Below are positions 18,006 to 27,683 of a stretch of 64,000 nt of DNA, one piece after another. Every line of letters starts with the position of its first letter. The stretch's first letter is position 1. The DNA is taken from assembly GCA_044223005.1 (NCBI GenBank), contig JBGAML010000014.1:32001-96000 (forward strand), written 5' to 3'. This DNA comes from Candidatus Eiseniibacteriota bacterium (lineage in GTDB: Bacteria; Eisenbacteria; RBG-16-71-46). The translations under genes were made by a program, and so were the position numbers. The notes below the pieces were generated by a model that did no database searches, was not told the origin of the DNA, and worked only from the letters and a program-made list of their open reading frames with translations.

Positions 18006-18400
18006 GGACGTCCCTCCTCTCCGGCGACATCCGTCCGCTCGAGAACGGGCCGCGCGTGATTCAGCAGTTCGACATCGTCGAACGGTTTGGCCAGGAACGC
18101 CGACGCTCCCGCGTCGATCGCGCGAGCGGCGTTCTCGGCCGTGGCATATCCGGTGATGAGCACGATGGGCACCTCCGGGCGGCGGCGGCGCATCTCGCGC
18201 ACCAGGTCCAGCCCGCTCTGGTTGGGCAGCATCATGTCGCAGAGCACGAGCCGGCAATGCGCCAGTGCCTCGTGGGCGAGCGCCGCGTCGGCGTCGCCAG
18301 CCTGCGCCACGGTCCACCCCTCGCTGCCGAGGATCATACGCACGGCGTCGCGCACGACGGCCTCGTCGTCGATCACGAGCACGTCCCAGTTCCCGCTCAT
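18002..18400 (-). CDS. Single-domain response regulator
   Basis: VLVIDDE, LCDMMLP, LITGY, KPF. Confidence 0.88.
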   Translation of the reverse strand: MSGNWDVLVIDDEAVVRDAVRMILGSEGWTVAQAGDADAALAHEALAHCRLVLCDMMLPNQSGLDLVREMRRRRPEVPIVLITGYATAENAARAIDAGASAFLAKPFDDVELLNHARPVLERTDVAGEEGRP

Positions 18401-20295
18401 GAAGCACCTCGCGTCGGTTCCGCAGGCCGTATGGACGGCGCGCGGTGCGGCAACCGGACGACGAACGACGCGCCGCATCCGGGCTCGCTGGTGACGTCGA
18501 TCGAGCCGCCGTGGCCCTCCACGATCCCCCACGTCACGGCGAGCCCGAGGCCGAGGCCGCGGTTGCCCTTGGTGGTGAAGAACGGCTCGAACAGGTGGTC
18601 GAGATCCTCGGGGGACATGCCCTTGCCGGTGTCGCGGACTTCGAGTTCCGCGTAGGGCTGCGGGCCCTGCTTGTCGAGCGCCTCGCAGCGCGTCCAGTGG
18701 CAGCCGCTGCGCGAGCACCACTCGATCCGGCCGAAGTCACCGGCGTTGATCGCGAACGTCCCGGCACCGCAGTCGGGGCACTTGTGGTCGGGCAGGTCGA
18801 GCTTGGTGCGGCAGCGCGGGCAGGCGTACGTGGACACCGTGCCGGTCTCGACCGATTCGCTGGCGCGGTGGTTCACGCGGCCATAGACGGGACCCAGGTG
18901 CACGACGTTGTCGCGCTCGTGCTGGCGGCGGATCACCTTGATGCCCGGGTAGCGGCCGATGCGCGTGCCCGAGTCGGGCAGCGCGCAGCCCTTGGGGCAG
19001 GTCGCGGTGCGGATGATCGTGTGCCCGCGCCACGGCACCTCGACCTCGGCCGTGCGCACGTGGATCGTGCCGCCGTCCTCGCCGATCGCGTCCGCGGCGT
19101 TCATCACCAGGTTCACGACGACCTGCTGGATCTGGTTGGCGTCCGCGGGCACCGGCGCGAGCGGCTCGGCGAGCGCGAAGTCGAGCGCGACGCGCTTCAA
19201 GACCAGCTGGTTCATGATCACCGCGACGCCGCGGCGCACGACCTCGTTGAGGTCGGTCGGCTGGTGCTGCGGCGGCGTCTGGCGCGAGAAATCGAGCAGC
19301 CCGCGCACGATGTCGCGGCAGCGCTTGGTCTCGCGCACGATCACCTCGAGGTCCTGCGCCATGTCGGGCCGGTCCGAGAGGCGTTTCTGCAGGAACGAGG
19401 CGTACGTGAGCACGCCGGTCAGCGGGTTGTTGATCTCGTGCGCGACGCCCGCGGCGAGCCGGCCCACCGAGGCGAGCTTGTCCGCCTGCGTGAGCTGGCG
19501 CTGCGCCTCGCCCAGGCGGCGCGTCATGTCGTTGAACGAGCGCGCGAGGTCGCCCAGCTCGTGGCTGGCGGTCGCGGGCAGCGTGAAGTGCAGGTCGCCC
19601 TCGGCGACGCGGCGCGTACCGGCGATGAGCGTCGCGACGGGCCGCACGACGAGCCGCTCGTTGAGCCACCAGAGCAGCAGGCTGCTCGCGGCGATCGCGA
19701 GCAGGGCGAGCAGGATCAGCTGCCGGCGGTCGGCGGCGATGCGGCGGTCGGCCTCTTCGAGCGACAGGTTCACGTCCAGCACGCCGAGGATCTGCTCGGT
19801 GCGCTTGTGCGCGTGGCAGCCGGCGTTCCAGCAGCGCGCTTCGTTGTGGATGGGCCGGATCACGCCCAGCACGCGATGGCCGTCCTCGGCGCGGAACACC
19901 CGCACCTCGGCCTTCTCGGGCAGGCGGTCGAGCGGCTCGTTGCCCTGGTGGCACGCGAGGCACGGCCCCGAGGACTCGGTGAAGCCGCGCCCGATCTCGT
20001 CGCGGTCGGACGAGAACTTGATCCGGCCGACGCGGTTGACGAGCCGGATCTTGTCGATCCCCTTCTGCCGGCCGATCGTCTCGATCTCGCGGCGCAGCGC
20101 GGGCCGCCGGTTCTCGAGCATGTCGTAGAACGTGCTGCTGCCGATGGTCTCGGACAGCTGTCCGGCGCCCTGCCGCAGCTGCGCGAGCAGGGCGTCCGAG
20201 TGCGCTTCGAGGATGAGCCCGGCCATCGCCCCGATCGCGAGCGCGGTCACGACCGCGACGCCGAGGATGGCCAGGATCCCGATGCGCAGCTTCAT
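18397..20295 (-). CDS. Sensor histidine kinase (heme-motif periplasmic domain, HAMP, HisKA, HATPase with Cys-rich insert)
   Basis: 2 TMs; CLACH, CWNAGCH; VAHEINNPL; NLVMNAADA; DTGKG, FEPFFTTK, GLGLGL. Confidence 0.92.
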   Translation of the reverse strand: MKLRIGILAILGVAVVTALAIGAMAGLILEAHSDALLAQLRQGAGQLSETIGSSTFYDMLENRRPALRREIETIGRQKGIDKIRLVNRVGRIKFSSDRDEIGRGFTESSGPCLACHQGNEPLDRLPEKAEVRVFRAEDGHRVLGVIRPIHNEARCWNAGCHAHKRTEQILGVLDVNLSLEEADRRIAADRRQLILLALLAIAASSLLLWWLNERLVVRPVATLIAGTRRVAEGDLHFTLPATASHELGDLARSFNDMTRRLGEAQRQLTQADKLASVGRLAAGVAHEINNPLTGVLTYASFLQKRLSDRPDMAQDLEVIVRETKRCRDIVRGLLDFSRQTPPQHQPTDLNEVVRRGVAVIMNQLVLKRVALDFALAEPLAPVPADANQIQQVVVNLVMNAADAIGEDGGTIHVRTAEVEVPWRGHTIIRTATCPKGCALPDSGTRIGRYPGIKVIRRQHERDNVVHLGPVYGRVNHRASESVETGTVSTYACPRCRTKLDLPDHKCPDCGAGTFAINAGDFGRIEWCSRSGCHWTRCEALDKQGPQPYAELEVRDTGKGMSPEDLDHLFEPFFTTKGNRGLGLGLAVTWGIVEGHGGSIDVTSEPGCGASFVVRLPHRAPSIRPAEPTRGAS

Positions 20296-20310
20296 GTGCC
20301 CTCCGCCGCC

Positions 20311-21468
20311 TCAGTGCCGCGCGTGCCCCGCCTCGCCGTGCGCGGGCGGGAAGATGGGCAGGTAGCGCGTGGCGATGCCGAACGCGGCGAACCCGATCGC
20401 GACGAGGCCGATCGAGATCGTCATTTCCATCCACGACGGCACGTAGTGCGTGCCGCTCGCGCGCTCGATGCCGGTGATGCTGACGTTGAGCCGGTACAGG
20501 ATGAACCCGAACACGGCGCAGACGGCGCCGATCACGAGCCCGACCTTGCTCTGGCGGATCCGCGGCCACGACAGCAGCAGGATGGGCGCGAGCACGCCGA
20601 TGCCGAACTCGAGCAGGAACATGCGGCTCTCGTAGATCGGCTGGAAGATCGTGCCGAGCATGCCGGCGTGGAACAGCAGGTCGAGGCGCAGGACGCCGAA
20701 CACGCCCAGGACCACGATCATCACGCGGCCGAGCGGCTCGAGCAGGTCCATCTCGAGTTCGTGCCCGAAGGCGCGACCGGAGAGCGCGGATTCCACGATC
20801 ACCATGCCGAGCCCGGCGCCGATCGCCGAGATGTAGAAGAGCAGCGGCAGCGCCGGCGTGTACCAGAGGCCGTGCAGCTTCTCGGGCACGATCAGGTACA
20901 TGGTGCCGAGTGAGGACTGGTGCAGCGTGGACAGCAGCACACCCAGGATCACGAGCGGCGTGTTGATCGTGTGCATGATCTTGAGCATGAAGTTCCACTT
21001 CAGGCGCTCGAACACGATGTGCGAGAACTCGAGCGTGAGGACCGTGGTGTAGAGCATCACGCACCACGCGACCTCGAACATCACCGAGTGCTCGTTCCAG
21101 TAGACCATCGCGTGCCAGATGCGCCACGGCTGCCCGAGGTCGAACAGCAGCGCCACGCACACGAACAGGTACCCGAGGTAGCCCGTCAGCAGCGTCGGCC
21201 GCACGATCGGCTCGAACTTCTTGATGTGGAACAGGTGCACCGTGGCCATGAGCGTGAACGCTCCGGCCGCGAGCCCGACGCCGCAGAGGATGTCGAAGCC
21301 GATCCACACGCCCCACGGGAAGCGGTCGCTGAGGTTGGTGGTGGCGCCGAGCCCCTTGTAGAAGCGCATGAACGAGACGTACAGGAACAGGATCATGATC
21401 ACGCCGAACACGGCGCGCCAGAAGGTCAGCTTGATCCCACGTGGGCGGGGCAGTTCGAGCACGCTCAC
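20311..21468 (-). CDS. NrfD/HybB-family integral membrane quinol-oxidoreductase subunit
   Basis: GLGATTNLSDRFPWG, DLGQPWRIWH, SVMFEVAWC, LSTLHQSSLG. Confidence 0.88.
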   Translation of the reverse strand: MSVLELPRPRGIKLTFWRAVFGVIMILFLYVSFMRFYKGLGATTNLSDRFPWGVWIGFDILCGVGLAAGAFTLMATVHLFHIKKFEPIVRPTLLTGYLGYLFVCVALLFDLGQPWRIWHAMVYWNEHSVMFEVAWCVMLYTTVLTLEFSHIVFERLKWNFMLKIMHTINTPLVILGVLLSTLHQSSLGTMYLIVPEKLHGLWYTPALPLLFYISAIGAGLGMVIVESALSGRAFGHELEMDLLEPLGRVMIVVLGVFGVLRLDLLFHAGMLGTIFQPIYESRMFLLEFGIGVLAPILLLSWPRIRQSKVGLVIGAVCAVFGFILYRLNVSITGIERASGTHYVPSWMEMTISIGLVAIGFAAFGIATRYLPIFPPAHGEAGHARH

Positions 21469-22214
21469 GACCGCACCTCCTCGCCCGGAGCGCCTTCGAT
21501 CCGCTGCACGTATTCGCGGCGCTTCGTGACCCAGTAGATGCCGTAGAGCAGCGCGCCACCGAGCGTCACGATGTCGGGCACGTGCGAGAGCACGGCCCAC
21601 GTGAGCTGGCCCAGCGGCTTGTTCGGCAGGTTCTCGCGCAGCCCGAGCTGGCCGAACGGCACGCTCGAGAGCATGAGCACCGACGTGCCGCCGGCTTCCT
21701 CGAGCCCGTAGATGTGGTTCACGTACTTGTTCGGGTCGGCCGCGATGCGGCGGCGCGCTTCCTGGATCAGCACGTCGCGCTGGCCGAAGGTGGTCGCGCC
21801 CGTGGGGCAGACGGTCGCGCACGCGGTGGCTTCACCGCGCGCGAGCCGAGGCGCGCACATGATGCACTTGGCGACGACGGGAATGTTCTTGTCCCACTGG
21901 TATTTCGGGACGTCGAACGGGCACGCCTGCACGCAGTAGCGGCAGCCGATGCACTTCTCCGCGTCGTAGAGCACGGGGCCTTCGACCGTCTTGCGCATCG
22001 CACCGACCGGGCAGACCGACGCGCACGTCGGCGCCAGGCAGTGCATGCACATGCGGCGCACGTTGACGCCGCCCGCCTTCTGCACGGTCGTCCACGTGTA
22101 GGCGGTGTTCACCCTGTCGATGTCGGCGCCGAGCTTGTTCTGCTCCTTGCACGCCGCGCTGCACGCGCCGCAACCGATGCAGCGCGTCGTATCCAACAGG
22201 AGGGCGTGGCTCAT
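21465..22214 (-). CDS. HybA/NrfC-like multi-[4Fe-4S] protein with C-terminal TM anchor
   Basis: CIGCGACSAAC, CMHCLAPTCASVCP, CIGCRYCVQACP, CIMC...CATVCP; YGLEEAGGTS. Confidence 0.88.
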   Translation of the reverse strand: MSHALLLDTTRCIGCGACSAACKEQNKLGADIDRVNTAYTWTTVQKAGGVNVRRMCMHCLAPTCASVCPVGAMRKTVEGPVLYDAEKCIGCRYCVQACPFDVPKYQWDKNIPVVAKCIMCAPRLARGEATACATVCPTGATTFGQRDVLIQEARRRIAADPNKYVNHIYGLEEAGGTSVLMLSSVPFGQLGLRENLPNKPLGQLTWAVLSHVPDIVTLGGALLYGIYWVTKRREYVQRIEGAPGEEVRS

Positions 22215-22915
22215 TGGCCGCCTCCTTCCTTGTGGCACTTGTCGCACTTGTCGTCGTTCTCGACGCTGAAACTCTTGTGGCCGTCGTGGCAGGCACCACA
22301 GGCGGATGCTTCGTGCATGGCGCCGTCGGGCCGTGGCGCGCTGGCCTTGCGCGCGAACAGCTGCGGGTGGCACGAGGCGCACTTCATGCCCTTCGTGTGC
22401 GTCTCGTGGCGGAACGTCACCCGGCCCGGCGAGTCCTTCCCCGGCGGGAACACGATCGCCTTCGGACCGTGGAACGCGGCCGTCCCGGAGCTGTCGCCCT
22501 TGACGACCTGCTGGCTGCTTCTGCCAGCGTGACAGGAGCCGCATGACCGCTTGTCGCGCGTGCTGAATGCATGCTGGTCGTCGTGGCAGAGGCCACAGGA
22601 GCGTCCCGAGTCCATGTTCGCATGCGACTCCCGGCGAACCTTGTGGAGCATCGGCCAGTAGCGCGGGTGGCACGCCAGGCACGAACGGTCGGCATAGTCG
22701 AAATGCGACTCGTGACTGAACACGACCGCACTATCCGGCGAGATGCCGTGGCCATAGACGATGTCCGCGGGCATCCGGAGAGGGACGTCGAGCGGAGGTT
22801 TCGGCGCCGGAGCAGGCGCGGCGGCAAAACCCGGTGGGCAAACCATCAGCAGTACGAGCGCGGCGAAGTGCACGGCGACTCGGACGGCAGGACCTGCGGA
22901 CCTGTTGGTCGTCAT
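22211..22915 (-). CDS. Hexaheme cytochrome c (two c7-like triheme domains)
   Basis: Six CxxCH (CLACH, CGLCH, CGSCH, CASCH, CGACH, CDKCH); VFSHESH and VTFRHETH; signal peptide. Confidence 0.88.
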   Translation of the reverse strand: MTTNRSAGPAVRVAVHFAALVLLMVCPPGFAAAPAPAPKPPLDVPLRMPADIVYGHGISPDSAVVFSHESHFDYADRSCLACHPRYWPMLHKVRRESHANMDSGRSCGLCHDDQHAFSTRDKRSCGSCHAGRSSQQVVKGDSSGTAAFHGPKAIVFPPGKDSPGRVTFRHETHTKGMKCASCHPQLFARKASAPRPDGAMHEASACGACHDGHKSFSVENDDKCDKCHKEGGGQ

Positions 22916-23289
22916 GGAGAAACCCTCATGCGGCGAAACGCCGCATGGGGAATGCAGCAATCAGCATTCCATGTCGCGATCCCCCGCCGGGGCACGTGGC
23001 GCCGCCCGCGCGGAGTCTTGGACAATCGCGGCGCACGTCACCGAAGCGTCACGCCCGGATGGTCAGGTCGGGCGGTCGATTCACGGCCCGCGGCGCGTCC
23101 GGTGACGCCGGCCGGAGCCCAGGAAGCTCCCCCGCTGCCGCGGCGGGCGGCGCTTCCCGCGCGTTCGCCCGGCCCGCGGGACCGCCAGGCCGAGCTCGTG
23201 CGAAGATGCGGTACTCGTCCGTGCCGCGTGGGAGCCCGCGCGGCGAGCCGCCACGAGGCCTCGATGCGCGAGGCCGCCCCGGAGACCGC

Positions 23290-24750
23290 ATGACCACGAT
23301 CCCCGAGACCGTCTCACCGGAACGCCCCGGCCTGTTCGCGCAACTGCGCCAGCTCTCGCGCGCGTTCTGGATGCTCAACGTGATGGAGATGCTCGAGCGT
23401 CTCGCCTACTACGGCGTGCGCGTCGTGATCCCGATCTACATCGCCCAGGCCGACGAAATCCACGGCCTGCATTTCACGCCGGCGCAGAAGGGCGAGATCT
23501 TCATGTGGTGGGCGCTGGTCCAGGCCGGCGTGCCGATCTTCTCGGGCGGGTTCGCGGACCGCTACGGCTACAAGAAGACGATCGCCGCCTCGATCGCGAT
23601 CAAGGTCGCGGGCTACCTGCTCATGGCGACCCAGCGCAGCTACGCCGGCTTCCTCACCGGCTGCCTCGTGCTGGCGTTCGGGACGGCCATCTTCAAGCCC
23701 GGCGTCTGGGGCGCGATGCAGCGTTCCATGACCAAGCAGACGTCGTCGACGGGCTGGGGCATCTTCTACATGCTCGTGAACGTCGGCGGCTTCCTCGGGC
23801 CGCCCCTCGCCCACTACCTGCACGGCTACTCGTGGCCGACGGTGTTCTTCGGCTGCGCGGGCATCGTCTCGCTCAACTGGCTCATGCTCTTCACCTACCC
23901 GAGCGTGGACGCGGGCGGCGACCGGTCGGCAGGCGTGCTGAAGACCGCGTGGATCACGTTCTCGAACCTGTTCCAACCGCGGCTGCTCGTCTTCATCCTG
24001 ATCATGTCGGGCTTCTGGCTCATGTTCATGCAGCTCTTCGACCAGCTGCCCAACTTCATCGTCGACTGGGTGGACTCCACCGCGCTGGTGCGCTCGCTCC
24101 ATCTCCCGGCGGCCGTCACCACGGCGACGGGCCGCGGGACGATGATCTCGCAGGAGTGGATGATCAACCTCGACTCCTTCCTGATCGTCGCGCTGGTCGT
24201 CTGGGTGTCGTGGCTGGTCTCGCGCATGCGCCGCGTGCATTCGATCTTCGTCGGCATCGTGATCGCGTCGGGCGGGCTGCTGCTCGCGGGCATCACCATG
24301 TCGGGCGCCCTCTGCCTTGCGGGCATCGCGATCTTCGCATTCGGCGAGATGCTCTCGAGCCCCAAGATGAACGACTACCTCGGCGTGATCGCGCCCGAGG
24401 ACAAGAAGGGGCTCTACATGGGCTACGCCAACATGCCGACCGCGATCGGCTGGGCGTACGGCTCGCGGCTGGCGGGCTCGCTCTACGAGCGCATGGGCGA
24501 GAAGGCCGGGCTCGCGCTGCGCTGGCTCCAGGCCAACGGCGGCGTCCCGGTGGGCGTCGATCGCGCGAACGCGATGGAGGCCATGCAGCGGGTGAGCGGC
24601 CTCGATGCGACGCGCGCCACACAGCTACTCTGGCAGACCTACCACCCGTGGCAGTTCTGGTACCCGCTGGTGGGAATCGGGGTCGCGTCGGCGATCGCGA
24701 TTCTCTTCTACGCCCGGTGGGCGAAGCGGTACGAGGCCGCCGACATCTAG
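23290..24750 (+). CDS. MFS transporter, POT/peptide-transporter-like
   Basis: EMLERLAYYG (ExxERFxYYG), GGFADRYGYK, FYMLVNVGG, GEMLSSP. Confidence 0.85.
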   Translation: MTTIPETVSPERPGLFAQLRQLSRAFWMLNVMEMLERLAYYGVRVVIPIYIAQADEIHGLHFTPAQKGEIFMWWALVQAGVPIFSGGFADRYGYKKTIAASIAIKVAGYLLMATQRSYAGFLTGCLVLAFGTAIFKPGVWGAMQRSMTKQTSSTGWGIFYMLVNVGGFLGPPLAHYLHGYSWPTVFFGCAGIVSLNWLMLFTYPSVDAGGDRSAGVLKTAWITFSNLFQPRLLVFILIMSGFWLMFMQLFDQLPNFIVDWVDSTALVRSLHLPAAVTTATGRGTMISQEWMINLDSFLIVALVVWVSWLVSRMRRVHSIFVGIVIASGGLLLAGITMSGALCLAGIAIFAFGEMLSSPKMNDYLGVIAPEDKKGLYMGYANMPTAIGWAYGSRLAGSLYERMGEKAGLALRWLQANGGVPVGVDRANAMEAMQRVSGLDATRATQLLWQTYHPWQFWYPLVGIGVASAIAILFYARWAKRYEAADI

Positions 24751-24966
24751 TCGCCGCAGCACCGTCCGATCACGCCCGCCGCGGCCCTCCGCGGCGGGCG
24801 TTGCATTTTGCGCAACCCGCTGGGGAATCCGGGGGCCGTTCCACGCCTCCCACCTTGTGACGGCGTCGCCGGAATCGGTACGATTGTTCCAGTGTCGCCG
24901 TACCGTACCCGGCCTGCCCCGGGCGTTCGTCCCCCCGATCGACTCACCCTGTTCCACGGAAGGCCC

Positions 24967-27222
24967 ATGTCCCGACTTCTCGCACTGCTCCTCGCGGTCT
25001 CCCTGGTGGGGGCCGCTCCCGCATACGCCGCCAAGGCGCTCTTCGACGACGCCCATGCCGAGGACGCCGGCAATGCCGACTGGGTGATCGACGACAACTT
25101 CCCGATCCCCTCGCCCGCCCAGAGCGGCATCACCCCGGGCACCACGGGGACGTACTGGACGGGCGCCATCTCGTCGTTCGGCGTCGCGCTCGTGAAGCGC
25201 GGCTACACGGTCCACTCGAACACGAGCACGATCACGTACGGCAACGCGGGCAACGCGTACGACCTGTCGAACTATGACCTGTTCATCGTGCCCGAGCCGA
25301 ACACGCTGTTCAGCGCGGCCGAAGCCACGGCGATCCTGAACTTCGTGCACGACGGCGGCGGCCTGATCGCCATTTCGGACCACTCGGCGTCCGATCGCAA
25401 CAACGATGGCCAGGACTCGCCGATGATCTGGAACGCCCTCGACCCGACGCACGCGCTGCTCGGGATCCACTACGGCGTCGTGGGCGACGCGAACAACAAC
25501 ATCGTCCAGACATCCACCAACGTCGCGACCTCGGTGACCGACTCGATCACGCACGGTCCCGTGGGCACCGTGACGGGCCTCGCGTTCCACAACGGCACCA
25601 CGATGACGCTCTACCCCGCCTCGAACCCGACGGTGCGCGGCGAGGTCTGGATGACGGGCACGGCGCAGGGCAGCACGACCAACGTCATGGCCGGCTCCGT
25701 TCAGTACGGCAGCGGCCGCATCTTCTTCGTCGGCGACAGTTCGCCGGTCGACGACGGCAGCGCCCGTGCGGGCAACTCCAGCATCTACGACGGCTGGGGC
25801 GAAGTCGGTGCGACGGACAGCACGCTGTTCCTGAACGCCGCGCTGTGGGCGACTCGCCGCGTCGCCTCGGGCGACACGCAGGTGCCGACGATCACGGTCA
25901 TCGCGCCCGACGGCGGCGAGACCTGGAAGGTCGGTTCGACGCACGCGATCACGTGGACGGCGAGCGACAACGTGGGCGTGACGAGCGTCGATCTCAAGCT
26001 CTCCAACGACGGCGGCGCCACGTTCCCGACCACGATCGCGACAGGTCTCGCCAACACGGGCAGCTACAACTGGACGGTCTACAATATCGCGGGCTCGACG
26101 ATGCGCGTGCAGGCGATCGCGCACGACGCCGCCGGCAACACGGGCTCCGACGCGAGCAACGCCAACTTCACGGTCGACCGCTGGTCGATCGTCTCGAGCG
26201 CGGGCACCAACGGGTCGATCTCGCCGCTCGGCACGACGACGGTGATCGAGGGCTCGAGCCAGGGCTACACGATCACGCCCAACGGCGGCTTCGCGATCGC
26301 CAACGTCCTGGTGGACGGCGCCAGCGTCGGGACGCCCAGCTCGTACACGTTCACCAACGTCACCGCCAACCACACGATCGCGGCGAGCTTCACGGTCGTG
26401 ACGATGTCGGTCTCGACCAGCGTCGTGGGCGGCGGCACGATCACGCGCGATCCGGACCTGGCCTCCTACCCGCAGGGTTCCAGCGTGCAGCTGACGGCGA
26501 ACCCCGGCCCGGGCTGGGCGTTCACGGGCTGGAGCGGTAGCGCGACCGGCACGGACAATCCCGTCACGCTCACCGTCTCGCAGCCGCTCTCGGTGACCGC
26601 GACGTTCGCCGACGTCGCCGCGCCCGCGGTGACCGTGCTCGCGCCCAACGGCGGCGAGTCGTGGACGTACGGCTCGACGCAGGCCATCACCTGGTCGGCG
26701 TCGGACAACGCCGCGGTCGCGAACGTGTCGCTCGAGTACTCGCTCGACGGCACGGCGGGACCGTGGACGTCGATCGTGACGGGCCTCGGCAACTCGGGCA
26801 CCTTCGACTGGACGCTGCCGTCGCAGGCGTCGACGACGGCGCTCGTGCGCGTGCTCGCGCTCGACGCGGCGACCAACGCGGGTGCGGACACGAGCGACGC
26901 GGTCTTCGAGATCAAGGATCCGAGCGCGGGCGTCGGCGACGGTCCGGCGGTCTTCGCCCTCTTCGCCCCGGTGCCGAACCCCTCGCCCGGCACCACGGCG
27001 CTCGCGTTCTCGCTGCCGCAGCCGGCGCACGCGCATCTCGACGTGCTCGACGCCGGCGGCCGCCGCGTCGCCGGGTTCGACGGCGAGTTCGGCGCCGGGC
27101 GGCACACGTGGCACTGGGACGGCCGGCTGGCGAGCGGTTCGCGGGCGCGCGCGGGGCTCTACTTCGTGCGCTTCACGAGCCCGTTCGGCACCCGCATGCA
27201 GCGGCTCGTGCGACTCGACTAG
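24967..27222 (+). CDS. Secreted multidomain protein (GATase/DUF4350-like N-domain, Ig-like repeats, InlB-B-like repeat, FlgD/T9SS-like C-terminus)
   Basis: Signal peptide; LFDDAHAEDAGNADW; duplicated VTVxAP(D/N)GGExW..ITWxASDN units; VLDAGGRRVA..WDGR..GLYFVR. Confidence 0.75.
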   Translation: MSRLLALLLAVSLVGAAPAYAAKALFDDAHAEDAGNADWVIDDNFPIPSPAQSGITPGTTGTYWTGAISSFGVALVKRGYTVHSNTSTITYGNAGNAYDLSNYDLFIVPEPNTLFSAAEATAILNFVHDGGGLIAISDHSASDRNNDGQDSPMIWNALDPTHALLGIHYGVVGDANNNIVQTSTNVATSVTDSITHGPVGTVTGLAFHNGTTMTLYPASNPTVRGEVWMTGTAQGSTTNVMAGSVQYGSGRIFFVGDSSPVDDGSARAGNSSIYDGWGEVGATDSTLFLNAALWATRRVASGDTQVPTITVIAPDGGETWKVGSTHAITWTASDNVGVTSVDLKLSNDGGATFPTTIATGLANTGSYNWTVYNIAGSTMRVQAIAHDAAGNTGSDASNANFTVDRWSIVSSAGTNGSISPLGTTTVIEGSSQGYTITPNGGFAIANVLVDGASVGTPSSYTFTNVTANHTIAASFTVVTMSVSTSVVGGGTITRDPDLASYPQGSSVQLTANPGPGWAFTGWSGSATGTDNPVTLTVSQPLSVTATFADVAAPAVTVLAPNGGESWTYGSTQAITWSASDNAAVANVSLEYSLDGTAGPWTSIVTGLGNSGTFDWTLPSQASTTALVRVLALDAATNAGADTSDAVFEIKDPSAGVGDGPAVFALFAPVPNPSPGTTALAFSLPQPAHAHLDVLDAGGRRVAGFDGEFGAGRHTWHWDGRLASGSRARAGLYFVRFTSPFGTRMQRLVRLD

Positions 27223-27241
27223 TACGCGCCAACGGCGAAGA

Positions 27242-27276
27242 CGACGGCCGCTCCCGGGATCCGGGAGCGGCCGTCG
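27242..27276. terminator. Hairpin between convergent genes
   Basis: CGACGGCCGCTCCCGG...CCGGGAGCGGCCGTCG. Confidence 0.6.
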
Positions 27277-27290
27277 CGTTGCGTGCGGCG

Positions 27291-27683
27291 TCAGTTCCCG
27301 GCGTGCTTCTGCGCCATCACCAGCGCGGCACCGGCGAAGTAGGCGATCACCCAGTAGACGTACGCGATGCGCGCGTAGAGATGCTGCCCATTCGAGAGCG
27401 GCGCGTCGCCCTGCGCCCGCCAGTGGCTCCAGATCACGAACACGTCGCGCGCCATGAGCAGCAGCGCGGAGTAGCCGAGCCAGCCATGCAGCGTGGGCGC
27501 GAAGCTGCCGGTGGCGGCGACCATGAGCGCGGTCGCGATCACGTCGAACGCGAGTCCGGCGGTCAGGAAACCGCGCACGCCGGCGGTCGCCCGGCGGGTG
27601 CGCTGCTCCTTCCAGGTACCGATCGAATAGAAGATCAGGGCGAGCGTGACCGTGCTCACCGCGGCCATGCGAATGGGATTCAC
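27291..27683 (-). CDS. Small 4-TM membrane protein (TIGR03987/HsmA-like)
   Basis: ALIFYSIG, GLAFDVIAT, TLHGWLGYSALLLM; start uncertain (GTG 27683 or ATG 27668). Confidence 0.6.
   Translation of the reverse strand: MNPIRMAAVSTVTLALIFYSIGTWKEQRTRRATAGVRGFLTAGLAFDVIATALMVAATGSFAPTLHGWLGYSALLLMARDVFVIWSHWRAQGDAPLSNGQHLYARIAYVYWVIAYFAGAALVMAQKHAGN

Noticed and set aside
20311..22214. Calling these genes a hydrogenase-2 (hyb) operon
   Set aside because: No NiFe large or small subunit and no maturation genes are present.
22923..22970. Riboswitch in hairpins upstream of the multiheme cytochrome gene
   Set aside because: Two simple hairpins with no recognisable aptamer consensus.
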